A program made the position numbers and the translations under genes. Below, in pieces: positions 36,896-45,147 of a stretch of DNA of 64,000 nucleotides. Numbering within the stretch: position 1 is the first letter of the stretch; every line of letters begins with the position of its first letter. The stretch is taken from assembly GCA_020628865.1 (NCBI GenBank), contig JAHDEJ010000002.1, positions 136,643 through 200,642 on the forward strand. The letters run 5' to 3'. The notes under the pieces are model-generated. The model was not told where the DNA came from. It ran no database searches and saw only the letters and a list, made by a program, of their open reading frames with translations. This DNA comes from Acidimicrobiales bacterium. GTDB taxonomy: Bacteria > Actinomycetota > Acidimicrobiia > Acidimicrobiales > SHLQ01.

Positions 36896-37663
36896 TTGCC
36901 ACTCCTCAAATACTCCGAGGACCGCCTCCCTGTCACGGTCTTCTTCACGATCACCGCGATCGACTTCGCGGTCTACTTCCTCGTCGGTCAGCCGTGGATG
37001 GTCGTCGCCTACTTCCTTGCGATGATCCCGATCAAGGCGCTCGTGAGTGCGTGGAACCATCACCATCAACACGTCCCGATGTTCCACTCGCGGGCCCTGA
37101 ACCGAGTACTCGAGATGTCGTTCGCGCTGCAGACCGGCGCGTCAACACACGCGTGGACGCTCCACCACGTGCACGGTCACCACAAGAACTACCTGGACCA
37201 GGAGAAGGACGAGAGCCGCTGGCGCCGCCCATCGGGTGAGACCTACGGGTTCGTCACCTATGCACTGTGGACCGCCACGACCGCCTACCCGCGGGCGTAC
37301 CGCGTCGGCCAGTCGCTCCCACGCATCCAACGAGCGTTCGTGGGCTACGGCCTGCTGACCCTCGCGATCATCGTCGGCCTCGTGGCGTTCAAGCCGCTCA
37401 ACGGCTTCCTCATCTTTGCGATGCAGCCAGTCATTTCGCTGGTGATCACCGTGGCCGCCACCTACCTGCACCACTCCGGCTTGGACACCGACGATCCACT
37501 CGAAGCCTCGCGCAACTACACGGGCCGCATCCGCAACGCCCTCACCGGCAACCTCGGCTTCCACACCGCACACCACTACCGGCAGGGGCTGCACTGGTCG
37601 AAGCTCCCCGAGCTCCACGCCACGCTCGAAGACCGCATCCCCGCCGACCAGATCCGACACTGA
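36896..37663 (+). CDS. Membrane fatty-acid desaturase-family protein (three His boxes)
   Basis: The His boxes are WNHHHQH, HHVHGHH and HTAHH, set among TM helices. The TTG start is uncertain. Confidence 0.65.
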   Translation: MPLLKYSEDRLPVTVFFTITAIDFAVYFLVGQPWMVVAYFLAMIPIKALVSAWNHHHQHVPMFHSRALNRVLEMSFALQTGASTHAWTLHHVHGHHKNYLDQEKDESRWRRPSGETYGFVTYALWTATTAYPRAYRVGQSLPRIQRAFVGYGLLTLAIIVGLVAFKPLNGFLIFAMQPVISLVITVAATYLHHSGLDTDDPLEASRNYTGRIRNALTGNLGFHTAHHYRQGLHWSKLPELHATLEDRIPADQIRH

Positions 37664-37672
37664 CTCACCCGC

Positions 37673-37775
37673 GGGTGAAGGGGTCGCGTCTCACTTTCAC
37701 CCGTTTGGGTGTGGGTGAAGGGGTCGCGTCTCACTTTCACCCGTTTGGGTGAAAGTGAGACCTGACCCCTTCACC
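37673..37775. repeat. Palindromic repeat cluster A (2 forward units plus 1 inverted unit)
   Basis: The 38-nt sequence GGGTGAAGGGGTCGCGTCTCACTTTCACCCGTTTGGGT occurs twice in tandem (37673-37710 and 37713-37750, period 40 bp). The second unit pairs with 37747-37775 as a 29-bp stem with 2 mismatches around a GTTT loop. Confidence 0.85.
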
Positions 37776-37790
37776 GATGCAACCGGTCTC

Positions 37791-38579
37791 TCAGCGGACC
37801 TCGGCTTCGGAGTACCGCAAGGCGGGTTCGAAGCCGAGCCGTTCGTACACGGCGCGTGCAGCGAGGTTCTCCTCGGCCACGTTCAACCCAATGACGTTGG
37901 CTCGTCCGACAACGCGGCCAACAACGCCCGCCGTCACCGCACGCCCCAGGCCGCGACCGCGGTGGCTCGGCACGGTGTAGACAGCGCCGATGGCAGCACA
38001 GCGGTGGCGTACCGACACAACGTGCGTGCCAGCGGCAGCCACCAGCCGACCGTCCTCGTACACACCGACGAACGTCTCATCCTCGACCATGTGCGGCAGG
38101 AAGAACGCAGCCCCGGGTTCGGTCGCATACAGCTCGGCGAGATCCGGCACATGCGACGGATCGAGTGGTCGCACGTCGAAATCGCCCTCGCCCGCTGTCG
38201 CCATCTCGGAAGAGCGCAGAACGTAGCGGACGTGCGGACCTTCCCACTCGATCTCCCGCGAGAGTCGAAGCGCTCCGCCAAGACCGACCGGCCCGGTCAC
38301 AAGCGTGCCCGCAGGCAGCCGCGAGGCCGTGTCGCCCAGGAGAACCAACGTGGCTTCCGGGTCCCGCGTCGACACGGCGTACACCGTGATCGCGTCGCTG
38401 TCCGGCAACCGAACCAAACCGACAACGGCATCGCCTCGACGGATCCACGTACTCGGCTCCCAATACGGAGCCTCCAGATCGGCCAGGGCATACACATGGA
38501 CATCCGGATGGTCGCTGAAGAACGCCACGAGCTCCTCCGGATCGTCCACCGTCGTGGCGTCCGCCGGAACGATCGTCAC
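37791..38579 (-). CDS. GNAT-family N-acetyltransferase
   Basis: The C-terminal acetyl-CoA motif is VYTVPSHRGRGLGRAVTAGVV...ARAVYERLGF. It lies 1 nt downstream of the ABC ATPase gene. Confidence 0.8.
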   Translation of the reverse strand: MTIVPADATTVDDPEELVAFFSDHPDVHVYALADLEAPYWEPSTWIRRGDAVVGLVRLPDSDAITVYAVSTRDPEATLVLLGDTASRLPAGTLVTGPVGLGGALRLSREIEWEGPHVRYVLRSSEMATAGEGDFDVRPLDPSHVPDLAELYATEPGAAFFLPHMVEDETFVGVYEDGRLVAAAGTHVVSVRHRCAAIGAVYTVPSHRGRGLGRAVTAGVVGRVVGRANVIGLNVAEENLAARAVYERLGFEPALRYSEAEVR

Positions 38580-38580
38580 T

Positions 38581-39348
38581 TCACAGCCGTCCGGCTTCGA
38601 TCACCCGGGCCAGGAACTGCTTGGTCCGGTCATGTTGCGGCGCGCCGAACAACTCTGCCGGAGGCGCTGCTTCGAGCACCCGCCCCTCGTGCAGGAAGCA
38701 GACTCGACTGGCGACATCACGGGCGAACCCCATTTCGTGTGTGGCCAACACCATCGTCAAGCCACGGTCGGCCAGGTCACGAATCACCGAGAGCACCTCG
38801 CCCACCAGTTCCGGATCAAGCGCCGAAGTCACCTCGTCGAGCAACAGGATCTCCGGGTCGCCCATGAGCGACCGGACAATCGCCGCCCGCTGGTTCTGTC
38901 CACCCGACATCCGATTCGGATAGTCGTTCGCCTTGTCCGCAAGCCCGAACCGCTCCAGCAGCTCCATGGCACGAGCTTCTGCCTCGGCGCGCTCGATTCC
39001 GAGTGCCCGCCGGGGTCCCAGCGTCACGTTGTCGAGCACGCTCATGTGTGGAAACAGGTTGTAGGACTGAAACACGATGCCGATGCGGCGGCGCACCTCG
39101 TTCGCATCGACACCCCTGGCAGTGATCGCCTCGCCATCGAGACGAATCTCGCCGCCGTTGATCGGATCGAGCAGATCCACACATCGCAACAGGGTCGACT
39201 TCCCGCAGCCGCTCGGACCGATCAGGCAGATGACCTCCTGGTCGGCGATCGACAAGTCGATGCCGTTCAGCACGCGCTTGTCTCCATACGACTTGTGCAC
39301 GTCATCCAGCTCGAGCTTCGGACCGACGTGAGCTTCCGAGCCGCTCAT
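38581..39348 (-). CDS. Polar amino-acid ABC transporter ATP-binding protein
   Basis: It has Walker A GPSGCGKST, the signature MSGGQNQR and Walker B LLLDE. Confidence 0.92.
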   Translation of the reverse strand: MSGSEAHVGPKLELDDVHKSYGDKRVLNGIDLSIADQEVICLIGPSGCGKSTLLRCVDLLDPINGGEIRLDGEAITARGVDANEVRRRIGIVFQSYNLFPHMSVLDNVTLGPRRALGIERAEAEARAMELLERFGLADKANDYPNRMSGGQNQRAAIVRSLMGDPEILLLDEVTSALDPELVGEVLSVIRDLADRGLTMVLATHEMGFARDVASRVCFLHEGRVLEAAPPAELFGAPQHDRTKQFLARVIEAGRL

Positions 39349-40241
39349 ATCTGGCTCTGCGATCGTTCCGCCCGATCACGGGCCGTGTAGTAGTCCACGA
39401 ACCTGGTGAGCGGGATACTGATCGCAAGGAAGAGCAGCGTTGCCACGATGTACGACGTGTAGTTGAACGTCCTCGTCTTGTAGATCTCCGCCTCGCGAAC
39501 CGCGTCTCGAATCCCGAGGATCGAGATGAGGGCCACGTCCTTCTGCAGGCTGACCACCGTGTTCATCAACGCCGGAACCACGTTTCGTACGGCCTGCGGG
39601 AGCACGGCGAAACGCATCGACTGCCACTGCGTCAGGCCGATCGCGCGTGCCGACGATCGCTGGCTCTCTGGCACGGCGTCGATGCCGGACCGGTAGATCT
39701 CCGCGGTGTAGGCCGAGTAGCTGAGGGACAGGGCCGCGATGCCCCAAAACGCTGCGCTTGTCGGCAGCCCACCGAGTTGCAACGCCGGCACGCCGAATCC
39801 GAGCACCACGATCAGCAGGTACAGCGGAATGCCGCGGAATAGATCCGTGTAAACCACTGCCAGGATTCGCAACGGCATGAACGCCGGACCACGCAGGCTG
39901 CGCATGACGGCAATCGCCAGGGCCAGCACCGGGATGATCAGCATCGCCCAGAAGAACAGCTGGATGTTGAGCCAGAACCCTTCCAACACGTCCGGAGCAC
40001 TGGCCGAGAAGTCGTCCGGATTGAAGAACTGGTCCCGGACGGACGGCCAGTTCGCGCTACGCGAAATGAGAACCGCAGCGCCCCCGAAGAAGAAGATCGT
40101 CGACGCAACCGCCACCGCGCCGGCCTTGGCGCCCTCCTCAGCAAAGAACTCGGACACGCCAGCGAACAGGCGCCGTCGGGGCACCTGTTCGCCATTCGTG
40201 TCCGGCCCCGTCCCGCGAGACGGGGGTCCGTGCAAGCTCAT
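39345..40241 (-). CDS. Amino-acid ABC transporter permease
   Basis: It is a multi-TM protein with an EAA-like loop (ARAIGLTQWQSMRFAVLPQA). The stop and start overlap the ATPase gene. The N-terminal extent is uncertain. Confidence 0.85.
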   Translation of the reverse strand: MSLHGPPSRGTGPDTNGEQVPRRRLFAGVSEFFAEEGAKAGAVAVASTIFFFGGAAVLISRSANWPSVRDQFFNPDDFSASAPDVLEGFWLNIQLFFWAMLIIPVLALAIAVMRSLRGPAFMPLRILAVVYTDLFRGIPLYLLIVVLGFGVPALQLGGLPTSAAFWGIAALSLSYSAYTAEIYRSGIDAVPESQRSSARAIGLTQWQSMRFAVLPQAVRNVVPALMNTVVSLQKDVALISILGIRDAVREAEIYKTRTFNYTSYIVATLLFLAISIPLTRFVDYYTARDRAERSQSQI

Positions 40242-40280
40242 CTACTCAGAGGTTCCGTCCAGCCGGGCAGGGCGCCCGCA

Positions 40281-41141
40281 TCAGTTGGAAATCGAGGTGA
40301 CCGAGCCACCCTGGTTCAGCCACTCGTCCTCGAGCGCCTCGATGGTGCCGTTGGACACCAGCGTGGCAAGTGCGTCGTTCACACACGGGACGAGAGGGCT
40401 GCCCTCTTCAAACAACATGCCGAGTTCCTCGGGCTCCCCGTCGCGGGGCAACACGCCAATGATCGAAGCGTCCGTGATCTCGACGGCGGTGATGAAGTAG
40501 GCGGTCGGCAGGTCGAACACGATGCCGTCAACCTGGCCGGCGTCGAACGCCGACTTCGCTGCAGCGTTGTCGTCGTACACCTGGGCCTTGTCGTCGGGCT
40601 CGATGACGTTGTCGATGTAGTCGAGGCTCGTCGTGCCGAGCGCAGCGCCGAGGCGGAGCGGCTTGAGCTCGTCGATCGTGCTCGCTGACGCAGCCGGGCT
40701 GTCCGCCGGGCCGATGATGGCCTGCTCCACCTGGTAGTAGCCGTCGGAGAAGTCGACGACCTCGTCACGTTCGGCGGTGATGGAGTACTGCTGGATGTTG
40801 AAGTCCCAGTCCTTGGCTCCCGGGGCGATGGCTGCGTCGAAACCGGTCCGCACGAAGGTCACGGCATCGTTGGCAAAGCCAAGCTCTTCGGCGAGCGCGA
40901 ACACGAGCGCACCCTCAAAACCGGTGCCCGTTGACGGATCGTCGAAGTCATCGGCGCCGGCACCCATCCAGGGCGGGAACACCGTTTCGCCGGTCGCGAC
41001 GGTGAGCACACCTTCAGTCTTGGTGGTCACTTCGTCACAGCTGCCCGAATCGCTGGATCCGGAGTCGGTGGACTCGCTGCCGCAAGCGGCTGCAAGCATG
41101 GCGAGCGCCAACAGCGCCGCCAGGATCGTCGTCTTCTTCAT
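40281..41141 (-). CDS. Amino-acid ABC transporter substrate-binding lipoprotein
   Basis: The start is MKKTTILAALLALAMLAAACGS (lipobox) with a GGAGGG RBS. The remainder is family-3 SBP-like. Confidence 0.85.
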   Translation of the reverse strand: MKKTTILAALLALAMLAAACGSESTDSGSSDSGSCDEVTTKTEGVLTVATGETVFPPWMGAGADDFDDPSTGTGFEGALVFALAEELGFANDAVTFVRTGFDAAIAPGAKDWDFNIQQYSITAERDEVVDFSDGYYQVEQAIIGPADSPAASASTIDELKPLRLGAALGTTSLDYIDNVIEPDDKAQVYDDNAAAKSAFDAGQVDGIVFDLPTAYFITAVEITDASIIGVLPRDGEPEELGMLFEEGSPLVPCVNDALATLVSNGTIEALEDEWLNQGGSVTSISN

Positions 41142-41319
41142 GGTCCCTCCAGAGGACGTCATGCAGACGGAGCGTTCGCCCCGCCCGTGGTCTCCCACCG
41201 GGAGCCTAGGTCGGCTCGATCGGCCATGCGTCGGCAACCCGCCGTCACGTCGGTCACGCGGCGACATACATCCGGACGTTCGGATGAATCACGCCGGGCT
41301 CGCTTGCGACGACGGCGCT

Positions 41320-41492
41320 GGCACTCCCCGGGTGAACAGGGGGTCGCGTCTCACTTTGGCACTCCCCGGGTGAACAGGGGGTCAGGTCTCACTTTTGAAC
41401 AGGGGGTCAGGTCTCACTTTCACCCGTTTGGGTGAAAGTGAGACGCGACCCCCTCACCCGTTTGGGCGAAAGTGAGACGCGACCCCTTCACC
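41320..41492. repeat. Palindromic repeat cluster B (3 forward plus 2 inverted units of the same family as cluster A)
   Basis: Two 38-bp units lie at 41320-41357 and 41358-41395, with a partial third at 41396-41425. After a GTTT loop come inverted units at 41430-41459 and 41464-41492. The shared core is GGGGTC(GC/AG)GTCTCACTTTCACCC. Confidence 0.85.
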
Positions 41493-41508
41493 TGACCCCT
41501 TCGCCGGG

Positions 41509-41970
41509 TCAGAACTCGAAGATGAGGCCGTCCACCGGGAGGTCGTCTCGGTCGATTGCGACGATGATGCGGTGCGAGCTCTCATCGGTGGTGCATTCCC
41601 CGCCGCCGAGCACATCGAGTACGGGCTGCAGCTCAGCGGTCTCCTCGTCGACCTCCACCGCCTTGAGCGGTCCGAACGGACACGAACCAGACTCGCTCAG
41701 GTCGAAGACGACAAGCACTTCGTGGTCGAAATCAACCATCGAAGAGAGGTCGTTCACCGAGGTCTCGAAACCTGCCAGCTGCTCGCTCGACGAGATCACC
41801 TGCGTGAGCGGAAGCGTGTCCGTCCCCTCAGAGAGGTCCTCGACGATGAGCCGGTGTGACACCCGGTCGCTCGTGAACGGATTCCAACCGACGGCAACGC
41901 TCACCATGCCGAAGAGGCCGACGGCGAGCCCGATCAGGATCCACCGGAGCGCCCGGCCGGCGGGGTTCAC
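41509..41970 (-). CDS. Small membrane-anchored hypothetical protein
   Basis: The GTG start at 41970 overlaps the pip stop as GTGA. The N-terminal TM is ALRWILIGLAVGLFGMVSVAV, followed by a ~120-aa acidic domain. Confidence 0.5.
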   Translation of the reverse strand: MNPAGRALRWILIGLAVGLFGMVSVAVGWNPFTSDRVSHRLIVEDLSEGTDTLPLTQVISSSEQLAGFETSVNDLSSMVDFDHEVLVVFDLSESGSCPFGPLKAVEVDEETAELQPVLDVLGGGECTTDESSHRIIVAIDRDDLPVDGLIFEF

Positions 41971-42959
41971 GATTCGGTACCCAGCAAGGGTGAGCCGGTG
42001 TCTCGGATTCGGTTGGTGGCGGCGATGAGTTCGTGGCGGGTGCCGGGTTCGTGGCTCGAATGGCCAGCGTCGGGCACGATGATCAACTCGGCCTCGGGCC
42101 AGTTGGCGGCCAGGTCGGTTGCGTTCTTCACCGGGCAGACCATGTCGTACCGGCCGTGCACGATCACCGTCGGAATGTGTCGGATCAGATCGACATTGCG
42201 GATCAGCTGATCCTCCGGTTCGAAACCGCCGGTGGAGAAGTAGTGCGACTCGAGGATCGCCACCGCCCTCGCCACCTCCGGATCGTCGAAGTGGGCGGCA
42301 AACTCCGGATTCGGATGGAGCGTGCAGCACGCAGCCTCGTACGTTGCCCACCGCTGCGCCGCGGCATCGACCACCGCCGGGTCGTCCGACGCCAACCGGG
42401 ACCGGTAGGCCGACAGCAGGTCACCGCGCTCCGCCTCGGGAATGTGTTCGGCGAACGTCGCCCACGTCTCCGGCAGCACGAACCGCAGCGTGTAGAGCCA
42501 CCACTCGATCTCTTCGGGCCGCAACATCCAGATCCCCCGCAACACGAGGCTGCGCACGGCTTCGGGATGGCACTGCGCGTAGTGGAGCGACAGCGTGCTC
42601 CCCCACGAACCACCGAACACGTGCCACGTCTCGATTCCGAGCTCGACTCGCAGCGCTTCGATGTCGGCCACCAGATCATCGATCGTGTTGTTGCTCAGTT
42701 CCTCCAGCGGTGTCGACCGGCCGCAACCCCGCTGGTCGAACAGGACCACCCGGAAATGCGACGGGTCGAAGAACCGACGGTCGCTCTCGGTGGCTCCGGC
42801 GCCCGGCCCACCATGGACGAACAGCATCGGTTCGCCGTCCGGCACACCGACCTGCTCCCAATGGAGCTCGTGGGGCGGCGAAACCGCAAGGGTTCCCGAT
42901 GCAAACGGATCGGCCTCTAGCCACCAGTCCAACATCGCGCCAGTGTTGCACAGCCACAC
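41967..42959 (-). CDS. pip: Prolyl aminopeptidase (proline iminopeptidase)
   Basis: The motifs are MLFVHGGPGAG, LFDQRGCGRS and GGSWGSTL (nucleophile elbow). ATG 42935 is an alternative start. Confidence 0.88.
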   Translation of the reverse strand: MWLCNTGAMLDWWLEADPFASGTLAVSPPHELHWEQVGVPDGEPMLFVHGGPGAGATESDRRFFDPSHFRVVLFDQRGCGRSTPLEELSNNTIDDLVADIEALRVELGIETWHVFGGSWGSTLSLHYAQCHPEAVRSLVLRGIWMLRPEEIEWWLYTLRFVLPETWATFAEHIPEAERGDLLSAYRSRLASDDPAVVDAAAQRWATYEAACCTLHPNPEFAAHFDDPEVARAVAILESHYFSTGGFEPEDQLIRNVDLIRHIPTVIVHGRYDMVCPVKNATDLAANWPEAELIIVPDAGHSSHEPGTRHELIAATNRIRDTGSPLLGTES

Positions 42960-43016
42960 CGCCGGCCAACGCCTGAGGCTCGCCCCACCGGCGGGCAGCG
43001 CGTACCCTCAGGTGCC

Positions 43017-44420
43017 ATGACCACGACCGAGCCCATCCCCACCACGGACCTCGCCGCCATCCCCGCCGAGGTCGACCGGCTGCGCGTCGCTGTCCGACAA
43101 GGCGTCACCCGACCGATCGAATGGCGCGAAGCCCAACTCGACGGGATCATTCGCTTCGCCAAGGAACACACGGACGCGCTGATCGACGCCATGGAGGCCG
43201 ACCTCGGCCGCCCCCGCATCGAAGGCTGGCTGGCCGATGTGAGCTCGGCCATCACTGAAGCCGAATACGTTCGCAAGCACGTCCGGAAGTGGGCCAAGCC
43301 CCGCCGCGCCAAACTCCCCCTCAACGCCTTGCCGGGCTCCGCCCGAATCGTCCCCGAACCGCTCGGCGTTGCCCTGATCATCTCGCCGTGGAACTACCCC
43401 GTGAACCTCGTGCTCGAGCCGATGACGGCGGCCCTCGCTGCCGGCAACGCCGTGGCGCTGAAGCCGTCGGAGCTCGCCCCCGCCACAAGCAGCCTCATCG
43501 CCCGCGTGCTGCCCCGCTACCTCGACGAGCGGGCATTCGCCGTCTTCGAAGGTGGCGTCGACGTCTCGACCGCCGTGCTCAAGGAACAGTTCGACCACAT
43601 CTTCTTCACCGGCTCCACGGCCGTCGGGCGGGTCGTCATGCGGGCAGCGGCGGAACACCTCACGCCGGTCACGCTCGAACTCGGAGGCAAGTCCCCGGTC
43701 ATCGTCGCCGACGACGCCGACCTCGACGTCGCTGCAACCCGGATCGCCTGGGGGAAGACCTTCAACGCCGGGCAGACCTGCATCGCCCCGGACTACGTCC
43801 TCGCTTCGGCAAAGGTCCGAGACCAGCTCGTCGAAAGGATCGCCGCAGCGTGGACCACGTTTTTCGGCGACGATGCCGCCGCCAGCCCCGACCTCGGCCG
43901 CATCGTCAATGGCCGTCATCACCAGCGACTGGTCGACCTCCTCGATGGACAGCCGGTCGCCGTCGGCGGCAGCCACGACGCCAGTGCACGGTTCCTCGAG
44001 CCGACCATCGTCGTCGACCCGGACCCCACCTCGCCGCTCATGACCGACGAGATCTTCGGCCCGATCCTGCCCGTGCTGACCGTGGAATCGATCGACGAAG
44101 CGATCAACTTCGTGAACGACCGACCAAAGCCCCTCGCCCTCTACGCCTTCACCTCGGACGATGAACTCTCCGGGAAGATCATGGGCAGCACGTCGTCCGG
44201 AGGCGGCTGCATCAACCACACCCTCCTCCACTTCACCCCGCACGAGCTTCCCTTCGGTGGTGTCGGGCCCTCCGGCATGGGCCGCTATCACGGGCAAGCC
44301 GGCTTCGACACGTTCTCCAACCTGCGCGGCATTCTCCGCAAGCCGACGGCCATCGATCCGCCGCTGCTGTACCCGCCCTACACAGACCGCAAAGTGGCAG
44401 CACTCAAGAAGCTGACCTGA
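43017..44420 (+). CDS. Aldehyde dehydrogenase (class 3-like)
   Basis: The motifs are ISPWNYP, FTGSTAVG, LELGGKSP and the catalytic Cys region NAGQTCIAPDY. Confidence 0.9.
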   Translation: MTTTEPIPTTDLAAIPAEVDRLRVAVRQGVTRPIEWREAQLDGIIRFAKEHTDALIDAMEADLGRPRIEGWLADVSSAITEAEYVRKHVRKWAKPRRAKLPLNALPGSARIVPEPLGVALIISPWNYPVNLVLEPMTAALAAGNAVALKPSELAPATSSLIARVLPRYLDERAFAVFEGGVDVSTAVLKEQFDHIFFTGSTAVGRVVMRAAAEHLTPVTLELGGKSPVIVADDADLDVAATRIAWGKTFNAGQTCIAPDYVLASAKVRDQLVERIAAAWTTFFGDDAAASPDLGRIVNGRHHQRLVDLLDGQPVAVGGSHDASARFLEPTIVVDPDPTSPLMTDEIFGPILPVLTVESIDEAINFVNDRPKPLALYAFTSDDELSGKIMGSTSSGGGCINHTLLHFTPHELPFGGVGPSGMGRYHGQAGFDTFSNLRGILRKPTAIDPPLLYPPYTDRKVAALKKLT

Positions 44421-44571
44421 GCCCTCCGGCCGCTCGTCGACCACGTCGAAAAAGAAAATTCACGAATCCGGGAGGGTTTCCTTCCTTCGGTTGCACCTAC
44501 CACCCAGAACAACGAACTGGGTGGTGGTCAACGGACCGCCCCGGAAACGAGGAGCAGTGTTGGCAGGGGTG

Positions 44572-45147
44572 ATGGAACCAAACAAGCAGACCGAACCATC
44601 GGTGTTGCTCGAGCGGGCGAAACAACAACAGGACGAGGCGGTCATTGCGCTGATCGAACGGTGCCAGTCGCGCATCGTCTCGGCGATCGAGATCGCCGGC
44701 GTGCCTCGATACGACGCCGACTTCGAGGATGCACAGAACCAGGCGCTCCTCGAGATCTGGCGTCAGTTTCCGACGCTGCAGAAGAACGCCTCGGTGTGCT
44801 TCTGGATGCACGGGGTCACCCGTCGAGTCACCGCCAGCCGATTCATCGACCCGGCCATCCGCCGTCGTCGCCGCACCGAAAAGTACGGCACCCAGGTCGT
44901 CGCCACCTCGTCACCCGAGGAAGGCCCCGGCGATCGCATCGCCGACCGCGACCTGCTCGGCCGGGTACTCGAAGGGCTCTCGCCCGAACATCGTGAGGTA
45001 CTCGTCCTGCGCTACCTGGAGGGCTTCTCCGAAGAAGAGACCGCACAGCTTCTGGGCATCGCCACCAAAACTGTCAGCAGCCGGACCAGCCGCGCCAAGC
45101 GCGCCGCCATCGACCTGGTCAACACCCTCGAAGGAGACGCAGCATGA
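44572..45147 (+). CDS. ECF-type RNA polymerase sigma factor
   Basis: A region 2-like segment is followed by region 4, LSPEHREVLVLRYLEGFSEEETAQLLGIATKTVSSRTSRAK. The start is uncertain (ATG 44572 or upstream TTG 44491). Confidence 0.8.
   Translation: MEPNKQTEPSVLLERAKQQQDEAVIALIERCQSRIVSAIEIAGVPRYDADFEDAQNQALLEIWRQFPTLQKNASVCFWMHGVTRRVTASRFIDPAIRRRRRTEKYGTQVVATSSPEEGPGDRIADRDLLGRVLEGLSPEHREVLVLRYLEGFSEEETAQLLGIATKTVSSRTSRAKRAAIDLVNTLEGDAA

Noticed and set aside
37749-38867. ORFs 37749..38867(+) and 41432..42028(+), both beginning MKVR(P/R)DP.
   Set aside because: Their starts are GTGs inside the palindromic repeat units. The bodies are antisense to the well-supported GNAT/ABC genes and to the small membrane-protein gene.
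37673-41492. CRISPR array interpretation of the repeat clusters.
   Set aside because: The units are contiguous or overlapping with no unique spacers. They occur in both orientations forming long hairpins, and no cas genes are nearby.
44497-44521. The 8-bp hairpin CCACCCAG/CTGGGTGG upstream of the ECF sigma gene as a terminator or riboswitch.
   Set aside because: The stem is short with no U-tract and no recognisable conserved riboswitch core. It may lie within the alternative TTG-started N-terminus. The evidence is insufficient.
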